Shown here: positions 9,610 to 18,138 of the stretch, piece by piece
Layout of the letters: each line of letters opens with the position of its first letter
Position numbering within the stretch: position 1 is the stretch's first letter
From: an uncultured delta proteobacterium
Lineage (GTDB): Bacteria; Myxococcota_A; Polyangia; Polyangiales; Polyangiaceae
Assembly (NCBI GenBank): GCA_963850305.1
Contig: CAWKKR010000011.1
Location: 128,001-192,000 of the forward strand
Reading direction: 5' to 3'
DNA: 64,000 bases
Notes under the pieces: generated by a model
Databases searched by the model: none
What the model was told of the DNA's origin: nothing
The model's input: only the letters and a program-made list of their open reading frames with translations
Program-made: the position numbers and the translations under genes

Positions 9610-11328
9610 TCAGCCATGGCCCCCATCGGTTCGCTGCGAGGCAATGAAGTCCGCCAGTTCGCGGATTTGTTCATCGGTGAGTTTCTTGCCGAACTTGGGC
9701 ATGGCGGCGACCTTGCCGAACAGATCCTCGGCGGCAGAATTCTCGATCACGCGCTGGGTCCACGCTCGTGACCCGTCGCCCGCAAGGTTAGGACCGTCCG
9801 CGACTTCGCCCGGCTTCACCTCGTGGCACGTGTTGCAGTCGAGGTCGTCGGCGAAGAGCTTCTGACCCCGGGCGACCAGCGCTGCATCGACAGGGCCGGC
9901 TTCCTCTCCCATGAGGCTCGTCATGTATTCGACGAGGGCCTTGAGCTTGTCGTCGGAGAGCTGACTCGGCGGATAAGCGTCCATCTCCTTGTGTGTCTTC
10001 GTGCCGCCGAAGAAGCGCTTGGCACGCGGATTTCGGATGACGCCGGCGAACCACTCGCGACTCTTGTAATGCGTGAGGTCAGGCGCTTCTTCACCGCCCT
10101 CCCCGTCGAGCGTGTGACACGTCTCGCAGTGCTCCTTGAACAACGAGCGCACTCGAACCCTGGGATCGTTCAAGAACACCGCATCCCCACCTGCGGGCAG
10201 GACCCCAGCCTTCGCCAGTTCGCGAGCGCGACTGGCCTCCTTGTGCGCGACGACGAGACCCTTCTGGAACTTGCCGTCCTTCGCGTCTTCTACCAGAGCC
10301 ATGGACGTGAGCGTCGCGACACCGGCCATGAGCAGCGCCACGACCGAAAGGACGGGCATCCGCTCCCCGGCGCGAGCGCTCGAAGCGCGATCGATCCACG
10401 GCAGGGCGACGAGAAAGGTCGTGACGGCACCGGGAATGATCACGGTCGCGACGACCTGAAGCGGGCCCTCGAAGTATTTCAGGAGCTGGAAGGGCGTCAG
10501 GAAATACCACTCTGGCCGCGCGACGAAGTTGGACGCTGGCTGGGCGGGAGCGAAGAGCGGCGACCCATGAGTCTCGAACGTGACGAGCACGAGCGCCGCC
10601 GCGGTGAGGGCCATCGCCGCGACGTCCCAGAGGAGCTGGCTCGGAAAATAGATCTGCGACTTGCTCTCGAGCTCCCGTTCCGGAAGCGGAGGCGGGGTCA
10701 CCCCGTGACGGCGAAAGAGCGCCACGTGGAACACGAGCAGTGTCGCGAGCGCGAACGGCAGGATGAAGACGTGCAGCGTGAAGAACCGCGTTAGCGTCAG
10801 GTTGCCGCACACGGCGCCGCCCTGGATCAAGGTGCGCAGAGCCTGCCCGCCCGGCATGCTGCCGAGGATCCCCATCGCGACCTGGGTTGCCCAGTAACCC
10901 TTCTGATCCCAGGGAAGCAGGTATCCCGTGAGCGCGAACGCGAACACGACACCCGCCATCGCGAGGCCGGTCAACCAGTTCAGCTCGCGCGGCTTCCGGT
11001 ACGCTCCGGCAATCACGGTCTGCAGGAAATGAAGCACCGTGAGCACGACCATCGCCGACGAGCCGTGATGGTGCAGTCCGCGCAAGAACCACCCCGCGGT
11101 GACCTGATCGTTCAGATAGGCGGTGCTGGCCCACGCATCCGTCGCGGACGGACTGTAGTAGCTCGCGAGCAGGACGCCGAGGAACGCCTGCTGCAGGAAC
11201 AGGTAAACGAGAACGCTACCGAAGACGTAACGCGGGCGCGCGCCGCCCGGCAGCTTCAGACCGCCGAGCCACGCAAGGGCCGAACGCAGCCCGGACCGTT
11301 CGTCGATGAAGTCGACGATCGCCTTCAC
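9610..11328 (-). CDS. Cytochrome b with fused C-terminal dihaem cytochrome c (Rieske/cyt b complex)
   Basis: TGYLLPWDQKGYWA, PEWY, haem b His pairs; CETCH and CNTCH motifs. Confidence 0.9.
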   Translation of the reverse strand: MKAIVDFIDERSGLRSALAWLGGLKLPGGARPRYVFGSVLVYLFLQQAFLGVLLASYYSPSATDAWASTAYLNDQVTAGWFLRGLHHHGSSAMVVLTVLHFLQTVIAGAYRKPRELNWLTGLAMAGVVFAFALTGYLLPWDQKGYWATQVAMGILGSMPGGQALRTLIQGGAVCGNLTLTRFFTLHVFILPFALATLLVFHVALFRRHGVTPPPLPERELESKSQIYFPSQLLWDVAAMALTAAALVLVTFETHGSPLFAPAQPASNFVARPEWYFLTPFQLLKYFEGPLQVVATVIIPGAVTTFLVALPWIDRASSARAGERMPVLSVVALLMAGVATLTSMALVEDAKDGKFQKGLVVAHKEASRARELAKAGVLPAGGDAVFLNDPRVRVRSLFKEHCETCHTLDGEGGEEAPDLTHYKSREWFAGVIRNPRAKRFFGGTKTHKEMDAYPPSQLSDDKLKALVEYMTSLMGEEAGPVDAALVARGQKLFADDLDCNTCHEVKPGEVADGPNLAGDGSRAWTQRVIENSAAEDLFGKVAAMPKFGKKLTDEQIRELADFIASQRTDGGHG

Positions 11329-11889
11329 TCAGACGATCTCCTTGGTCGCAATGCTCAGGCGGAACCGCTGATAGCGAACGGACACGGTGCCGTCCTTCTC
11401 TTCGACCTCGAGATCGTCGAGCGGCCGCGGCGCGGGCCCCCCGGCGACCCTGCCCTCGAGCGTGTACACGGCATCGTGGCACGGACACTTGAACTCTTTG
11501 GCGTCCGGTTCGTAGTCGTAGGCGCAACCGAGGTGGGGGCACACGGAGCTGAATGCGCGCAGCCTCCCTTCTTCGCGAATGACCCAGGCCGAACCGATCT
11601 TCACCTGGAGGATTCGATTCCAGGCGTCCCTCTTGTCGGCGTAGATGTCGACCTTGACGGGCTGATCCGGCTTGAAGGCATCCGATTTGCCCACGTTGAC
11701 GAAGCCGTCTCCATTCGACACCGTCGCGTGTGACAGCGGATAGCCGAGGTACCTCATGGCGGGCACGACCGTCACGGCCGCGACGCCGATCCCGAGACCG
11801 CCGATGCCCAAGGTCTTCAGAAAATCCCGCCGGGAATCCTCGTCATCGACGGAGGGCGGCGGCGCAGGCTTATCGTCCGGATCGGACAT
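11329..11889 (-). CDS. Rieske 2Fe-2S subunit
   Basis: Tat motif SRRDFLK; CPHLGC and CPCH boxes; GPAPRPL. Confidence 0.92.
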   Translation of the reverse strand: MSDPDDKPAPPPSVDDEDSRRDFLKTLGIGGLGIGVAAVTVVPAMRYLGYPLSHATVSNGDGFVNVGKSDAFKPDQPVKVDIYADKRDAWNRILQVKIGSAWVIREEGRLRAFSSVCPHLGCAYDYEPDAKEFKCPCHDAVYTLEGRVAGGPAPRPLDDLEVEEKDGTVSVRYQRFRLSIATKEIV

Positions 11890-11974
11890 CTTCTCCTGAG
11901 TTGGTCCTGAATCAGCGTGCTGGCGTCGTCCCGCTATATGCCTGCTGCCCTCGACGGTTACCGAACGGCGTCCC

Positions 11975-12448
11975 TCACTCGTGCGGGTGGCACGTGAAGC
12001 ACGTGACCTTTCCGGTGTCCCCCGGTTGACCCGAAGGCTCGGATAGCAGCATCGCGAGCGTGGGTACCACCTGCTCGACCATGAACTTCGTCGTCTTCGC
12101 GTCGTAGCTCATCGCCTCGTTCACCGTGTCCTTCGCTTCGAGCGTATAGATCGAGTTCGGCATGTGGAAGTCGACGAAATCCATGTCGGCACCGTGGCAC
12201 GTCGCGCACCCGAAGTTTCCCCAATCCTTCGGCTCGAAGCCCTGGAACTTCCGGCGCATCGTCGGTTCGACGTAGGCGGCCATGAAGGCGCGCTTCTCGT
12301 CGTGCGTCTTGTCGCGCCACGGCACCGCCGGCGCACCGACCGTCGGTGCGCGGGGGGGCTTCCCGGGTTCGCTGGGAGAACACCCGACCGCCGCGACGGC
12401 CAGGGGCCACAGGATGGAGGCTGAAATGCGGGAGAAACCCATACGCAA
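11975..12448 (-). CDS. Dihaem c-type cytochrome lipoprotein
   Basis: Lipobox AVGC; CATCH and CFTCH. Confidence 0.75.
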   Translation of the reverse strand: MRMGFSRISASILWPLAVAAVGCSPSEPGKPPRAPTVGAPAVPWRDKTHDEKRAFMAAYVEPTMRRKFQGFEPKDWGNFGCATCHGADMDFVDFHMPNSIYTLEAKDTVNEAMSYDAKTTKFMVEQVVPTLAMLLSEPSGQPGDTGKVTCFTCHPHE

Positions 12449-12565
12449 GGCCCCGCATGCTCTTTGAAATCCAGCATCCGGTCAATGCAAACCTCTGTGG
12501 ACTGACGCGCCGATTTCGGTCGGCACCGAGCGTTCGAGTTCCCACGGCGCTAGAGTTTTGAATCG

Positions 12566-13175
12566 ATGCCTCGGACGAACCTCCCCTGGATGGTCGTCTC
12601 GCTAACCGTCGCGACGACGGCATGTTCCCACGTCGCCGCGACGCGCTCGGAATCCGACGGTCGTCGCACGACGATGGGGGCAGAGCGTCGCACTCCGCCC
12701 CCGGCCGTCGGCGCCGGCCGGCTTTCGTCGCATGACCATCGGTGGCATCTCGCCCATCAGCACGGGCAGCGCCCTCGTGCTCGTCGACGAGGATCGTCGA
12801 CGCGCGCTGGTGCTGCCGGTCGGAGATCGGCAAGCTCTGGCGTCCGCGCTCTGCCTGGGACGACGGAGGAACGAGGCTCCGTCTGCCGCCTTGGTCCGCA
12901 GGATGGGCGGCGACGTGACGAGCGTCCGCGTCACACGTTCCGAAAGCGACGTTTTCGGTGCGTCGGTGCGGATCAATCGGGACGGTAAACCGCTCGACGT
13001 GGAGACACCCCCGAGCGAGGCGATCGCGCTCGCGATCGAAGAGGGCGTCCCAGTATTCGTCGCGGAGACCTTGCTCGCCGAAGCTGGCGTCGATGTCGAG
13101 AAGTTCGACTTTCGACACCTGGAACGCCGCGAGCGACCGGGAACCCGGCGCGAGGAAGACGAAGTGGCGCTGTGA
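12566..13175 (+). CDS. Bifunctional nuclease (DUF151)-like protein, probable frameshift near 12697
   Basis: LVLVDEDRRRALVLPVG and PSEAIALA...PVFV DUF151 motifs; upstream frame gives a lipoprotein-like signal (ATTAC). Confidence 0.6.
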
Positions 13176-13372
13176 TCTGGGCCGCCCCACTGAAACGAGC
13201 GCGACTCCAGTCTCGCTCCGATCCTGGGTGCCCCTATGCGACACGAAAAAGCGCGGCCACCGCGCCAGCGCGTCACCAGAACCGCCGTCATTGACGCCAA
13301 GAGCACCTGGGTTTGTCGCCGCAGCGCCGGTGATGTAATCGCGAGGAGATGATATCGAGTCGGGCTCCGGGT

Positions 13373-13852
13373 ATGGTGGACGTGCTCCATCGCGACCAGG
13401 GCTGCTTGTTCGCGACCTGGCAGAACGTGCTGGTCGCGGCATGGACGATTCAGAGCACCGGCGAGCTTGCGCGAAAGCTCGGTCAGGTGACCGAAGCATT
13501 CGTACGCTCACATCCCGAGGGCTTCTCGACGGTGCACGTGATCGCCAGGAAGCCGCCCTTGCCGACGTCCGAGGCGCGGGAAGAGTTCGCGGCGCTCACC
13601 AAGCGCTATTCGAAACAGCTGGCCTGCGTCGGGACGGTGCTGGAAGGCTCGGGGTTCTGGGCGAGCGCGATCCGCAGCGTCATCGTCGGCGTCAGACTCG
13701 TCTCGGGTCAGCCCTTCGACATGCAGATCTATTCGAGCATCGACGAGCTGTCCGAGTGGCTCCCTCGCCCTCACGCGACGAAAACCGGTACGAGGCTCGA
13801 AGCGGCAGCCCTGAGCAAAGCCCTCGCCGAAGTCCGGACGCAACTCGACTGA
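13373..13852 (+). CDS. Hypothetical myxobacterial protein (STAS/SEC14-like fold likely)
   Basis: GSGFWASAIRS motif resembles a family common in myxobacteria. Confidence 0.6.
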   Translation: MVDVLHRDQGCLFATWQNVLVAAWTIQSTGELARKLGQVTEAFVRSHPEGFSTVHVIARKPPLPTSEAREEFAALTKRYSKQLACVGTVLEGSGFWASAIRSVIVGVRLVSGQPFDMQIYSSIDELSEWLPRPHATKTGTRLEAAALSKALAEVRTQLD

Positions 13853-13853
13853 T

Positions 13854-16196
13854 TCAGAACGGCGGCTCATCCGGAGGCTCCGCGGATCCGGCTGGCGCCG
13901 TCGCCGGTAACGGCGGAGCCGGTGCTCGCACTCCAGCATCCGCCGCCGGCTCGACCTCCGTGGGTGCGGTCCCGTCGAGGAACTCCTCCTCGACTGCGGT
14001 GTCCTCGTCGCGCGGCAGCAGTCCCGTCGCCGGATCGACGCGCACGGTCACGATGCTCTCGGGTCGCGCGAACTCGGTGACAGGACGTCCCTCGTGCGCG
14101 GCTCTCATGAATTCGACCCACGCAGGGAGCGCCGTGACCGCTCCCGACTCCGCCGAACCAAGGGGGAGCGCGTCGTCATAGCCGACCCACACCGCGGCCA
14201 CGATGTCCGTCGAATACCCGACGAACCACGCGTCTTTCGATAAATTCGTCGTCCCCGTCTTGCCCGCGACGGGGCGGCCCAGCGACAGCGCGCGCCGACC
14301 AGTGCCAGACGTGACGACGCTGCGCAACAGACTGGTCACGAGATAGGCTTCGTCGGGTTCCATTGCCCGGCGCGCCGGCGGCTTCGGTGGAAGAGTAACG
14401 GGCTGCCCGCCGCTCCGAGCGATCCTCGTCACGAGCACCGGGGGCGCAATCTCACCGCCGCTCGCGAACGTCGCATATCCGTTCGCGAGTTCGAGCGGCG
14501 TGACTTCGTACGCGCCGAGGGCGAGAGAATCGTCCGTTCCGAGACGCGACTCGATGCCCGCAGCGTGCGCCCACTCCGCGACATTTGCGGCGCCCGCGTT
14601 CCTGAAGACCTGAACCGCCGCGGCATTGTCGCTTCTCGCAAGAGCCTCTCTGACGCTCATCGTGCGCTCGGTCTTCGACCGCGGGTCGTGCGGATCGGGC
14701 GGGAGGGTGAGCACGGTCGCCGGAGTAATCTGGCGCGCATGGATCGCATAGCCGTAGGTGAACGGCTTGAACGCCGACCCCGGCTGTCTGCGCGATTCGG
14801 TGGCGCGATCCAGTCCGGAGGGCACCGCTTCGTAGCTGCCGACGAGCGCGAGAACGTCGCGGGTGCGCACATCGATCGCCACGAGCGCGGACTCGGGCCC
14901 GATCTCGAGCCTGAGCGGAGTCTTGTCGCCCACCTCCGGAGGCGCGAGCAGGCTCACGCGAAGAACTGCCCCGGGTTCCGTGAACCGGGAAGGCGGCAGC
15001 CCGCCGGGGTTGTACCGGCTCTCCTGGGCCAGAAATACGCGCCCCGTCACTTCGCCCACCTGGACGTCGATCGTGCCGAGCCGGTCGTCGGTGGCATCCA
15101 CGACGCCGGCATAGACGCGGTGCACGAGCGGCATTCCGACGAACGGCTTTCCCCAGGCTGCAGGTCGGTTCTTCGCGAGATACGGAGGGTGAAGCCCGTG
15201 CCGTGCGGCGTACGCATCCAGGTTTTCGCGAACGGCGCGGCGCGCCGCTGCCTCGAGCGCCGGGTCGATGCTGGTGGCAACCTCGAACCCACCGCGCGCC
15301 GCGGCGGGCCCCACGGCGACCTCGAGCGTGTGCTTCGCGATGTCCACGACCTCCGGACAGAGTTCGCTCTCGGTGTCCTCGGCGGGAGCGAGCCGGAGCG
15401 GCTCGTCCCTCGTGCGGTCGTGGAGCTCCTTGGTGATGAAGCCCTTCTCGAGCATCTGATCCAGCACGTAGCGACGCCTCTCGAGGGCACGTTCGGGACT
15501 TCGACGCGGAGAGAACCGCTCGGGAGACGCGACGAGCCCGGCGAGAAGGGCGGACTCGGCGAGCGTCAGGTCCCGGGCTCGCTTTCCGAAGTAGTAGCGA
15601 GTCGCTTCTTCGATTCCGTATCGCCCGTGACCGAGATAGATGTGGTTCAGATAGAGATTGAGGATCTCGTCCTTCGTCAGCGACTGCTCGAGTCGCCTCG
15701 CCAGGATGGTTTCGCGGATTTTCCGATCGATCGTGCGTTCGGGGTCGAGGAGCACATTCTTCACGACCTGCTGCGTGATGGTGCTGCCGCCCTGTCGCGT
15801 CGCTCCGGCCCGAAGATCAGCGACGAAGGCGCGGAGCATGCCGAGGTAGTCGAGCCCTCGATGCTCGTAGAAACCGGCATCCTCCGCGGCCAGAAATGCG
15901 AGCTTGGCCCGAGCCGGAACCTCGCTCAACGGGATCACCGTGCGGCGCTCGGTGAAGACGTCCGCGAGCACCGAGCCGTCGCGTGCGAAGATTCGGGTGA
16001 TCTGCGGCGGGTCGTAGTTGGACTTGAGCTGTTCGACGCTCGGAAGGCCCACCGAGTAATGAGCGACGACGACGGCGACGGCGAGCACGCCTGCGGCGCC
16101 GATCACGACCAGCCCAGCCAAGACCGCGAGCGCGACGCGAATCGGTCGCCTGCCGGGGTTCGCCCGGGCGGGTTCGCTGCGCTCGTTACTTTCCAA
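13854..16196 (-). CDS. mrcA: Class A penicillin-binding protein 1A
   Basis: EDxxFxxHxG, GGSTITQQ, RKxxE transglycosylase motifs; SAFK, SDN, KTG transpeptidase motifs. Confidence 0.9.
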   Translation of the reverse strand: MESNERSEPARANPGRRPIRVALAVLAGLVVIGAAGVLAVAVVVAHYSVGLPSVEQLKSNYDPPQITRIFARDGSVLADVFTERRTVIPLSEVPARAKLAFLAAEDAGFYEHRGLDYLGMLRAFVADLRAGATRQGGSTITQQVVKNVLLDPERTIDRKIRETILARRLEQSLTKDEILNLYLNHIYLGHGRYGIEEATRYYFGKRARDLTLAESALLAGLVASPERFSPRRSPERALERRRYVLDQMLEKGFITKELHDRTRDEPLRLAPAEDTESELCPEVVDIAKHTLEVAVGPAAARGGFEVATSIDPALEAAARRAVRENLDAYAARHGLHPPYLAKNRPAAWGKPFVGMPLVHRVYAGVVDATDDRLGTIDVQVGEVTGRVFLAQESRYNPGGLPPSRFTEPGAVLRVSLLAPPEVGDKTPLRLEIGPESALVAIDVRTRDVLALVGSYEAVPSGLDRATESRRQPGSAFKPFTYGYAIHARQITPATVLTLPPDPHDPRSKTERTMSVREALARSDNAAAVQVFRNAGAANVAEWAHAAGIESRLGTDDSLALGAYEVTPLELANGYATFASGGEIAPPVLVTRIARSGGQPVTLPPKPPARRAMEPDEAYLVTSLLRSVVTSGTGRRALSLGRPVAGKTGTTNLSKDAWFVGYSTDIVAAVWVGYDDALPLGSAESGAVTALPAWVEFMRAAHEGRPVTEFARPESIVTVRVDPATGLLPRDEDTAVEEEFLDGTAPTEVEPAADAGVRAPAPPLPATAPAGSAEPPDEPPF

Positions 16197-17289
16197 GGAC
16201 CTTCATGATGACCACGGCGAGAACGACGCCCGCGACCAGACACACCGAAGCGACCGTCGCGAGCAGCACGAGGCTCGGCGTCGCGCGCCGTGAAGGATCC
16301 GCAAACGGCGCCCGATGCTTCGATACCGGCCCGGTCCCGGGCCCGCCCGCGGCACTTGGGGGCGCCGGAGTGAGTTGAAAGATGCCATCGACGAGCGCAT
16401 CTGCGGGATCGGCGAACGGGCGAAGCGCGACGGCGAACTCGATCGCGGTGTGAAAGCGATCGGCGGGATCCTTCGACAGGGCCTTTGCGATGGCGTCGTC
16501 GAGACCCTGAGGGAATCGTCGATCCGGAAGCCTCTCGCTCAAAGGGATCGGCTTCTCTGCGACGTGCTTCTGGATGAACTCCACGGAGTTCTTCGCATCG
16601 AAAGGCAGCTTTCCGGTGAGGGCTTCGTACAGGATCACCGCGAGCGAATAGATGTCGCTGGTCGCCGAGAGTTCCTTGCCCTGCGCCTGCTCCGGCGACA
16701 TGAACTCTGGAGTCCCGAAGACCATCCCTTCCTGCGTGAGGTTGACGGAACCCGGACGCATCTGTTCATCGGTCACCTTTGCGAGCCCAAAGTCGAGCAC
16801 CTTAGGGTATTCCTCGATGCCCATCTGCTTGCAGAGAAAGACATTTTCGGGTTTGAGATCACGGTGAATGATGCCGGCCGTGTGAGCCTCCTGGAGTGCC
16901 CCGCATACCTGAATCAGGATGGGGACAGCGCGCTCGCGCGCGAGCGAGCCCTCCTTCTTCACCGCGCGATTGAGGTTCCGGCCCTCCAGGAATTCCATGA
17001 CAATGTAGAGCGACCCGTCCTCGAGCTCGCCGTACGTGAAGACCTTGACCGTGTTCGGGTGGCTGAGCTGAGCCATCGCACGGGCTTCTCGCCGAAACCG
17101 GGACGCGAGATCCGGTCGATTCGTGAGCTTGGGATGGAGGATCTTGATCGCCACCATCCGGTTCATCTCCGGCTGCTCGGCCTTGTACACGGAGCCCATC
17201 CCCCCACTGCCGATCTTTTGAAGGATCCGGAACTCTCCGTTTAAGATCTCACGACCGATGAACGGGTCGTTCGTACGAGCCTGCACCAC
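16186..17289 (-). CDS. Ser/Thr protein kinase with C-terminal TM helix
   Basis: GSGGMG, VAIK, HRDLKPEN, DFG, SPE. Confidence 0.93.
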   Translation of the reverse strand: MVQARTNDPFIGREILNGEFRILQKIGSGGMGSVYKAEQPEMNRMVAIKILHPKLTNRPDLASRFRREARAMAQLSHPNTVKVFTYGELEDGSLYIVMEFLEGRNLNRAVKKEGSLARERAVPILIQVCGALQEAHTAGIIHRDLKPENVFLCKQMGIEEYPKVLDFGLAKVTDEQMRPGSVNLTQEGMVFGTPEFMSPEQAQGKELSATSDIYSLAVILYEALTGKLPFDAKNSVEFIQKHVAEKPIPLSERLPDRRFPQGLDDAIAKALSKDPADRFHTAIEFAVALRPFADPADALVDGIFQLTPAPPSAAGGPGTGPVSKHRAPFADPSRRATPSLVLLATVASVCLVAGVVLAVVIMKVLGK

Positions 17290-17313
17290 GGCTCAGGGAT
17301 ACCAGAACTAGTC

Positions 17314-18120
17314 ATGGACTACGAGCGCGGCACGGAGAGGGACGGCGAGCCGCCGCTCGGCTCCGCGGAATTCCGAACGAGTCCTCTCCTCGAGCGGGAA
17401 GGGTTCCGCCACGCGTTCTTCACGCGAAACGGGGGCGCCTCGACGGGACCGTACGCATCGCTCAGTTTCTCGACTGTCGGAGACGAGCGCTGCGTGGCAC
17501 GGAATCTCCGCCTCGCAGCGCACGCGCTCGGGGTCGCTCCGGGCAAAGTCTTTTTCGTGTCGCAGGTGCACGGAGCCGCCGTACACGCGCTGGGCGACGC
17601 GGCGTCGCGCGAAGAGGTCATGACGATTCAGGCCGACGCGCTCGTCGGAACGCGTCCGGACGCCGCCGTCGGGGTTCGCACGGCCGACTGTCTGCCCATC
17701 CTCGTCGGCGATCGGGCGAGCGGCGCCGTTGTCGCGATTCACGCGGGATGGAGAGGGGTGGTGGCCGGCGTCATCGAGACCGGGGTGGAGGAACTCCGAC
17801 GCGTGGCCGGACGGCGTTTCGACCCGGTCGCCGCGATCGGTCCGCACATCCGCGTGGGCGCTTTCGAGGTCTCGGAGGACGTTGCCGCGACGCTCCTCGC
17901 ATGCTCGCCGCGACCCGACGTCGTCGAGCGAGGACTGGGGCCAAAACCGCACGTGAACCTCTCCCTGATCGCGCAAGCGAAACTCGTCCGGGCCGGCCTC
18001 GGGCCGTGCTCGGTGGACGACGTCGCGGGATGCACATCGCACGATTCAAGCTCTTTCTTCTCTTTCCGGCGCGATGGTGCGAAGAGCGGTCGCCACCTCT
18101 CCGCCATCGTCGCTCGATAA
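17314..18120 (+). CDS. pgeF: PgeF/YfiH family peptidoglycan editing factor (polyphenol oxidase family)
   Basis: QVHG, TADCLP, HAGWRG, CT...FFSFRR. Confidence 0.9.
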   Translation: MDYERGTERDGEPPLGSAEFRTSPLLEREGFRHAFFTRNGGASTGPYASLSFSTVGDERCVARNLRLAAHALGVAPGKVFFVSQVHGAAVHALGDAASREEVMTIQADALVGTRPDAAVGVRTADCLPILVGDRASGAVVAIHAGWRGVVAGVIETGVEELRRVAGRRFDPVAAIGPHIRVGAFEVSEDVAATLLACSPRPDVVERGLGPKPHVNLSLIAQAKLVRAGLGPCSVDDVAGCTSHDSSSFFSFRRDGAKSGRHLSAIVAR

Positions 18121-18138
18121 CTGCGCCGCTCGAGTGAG

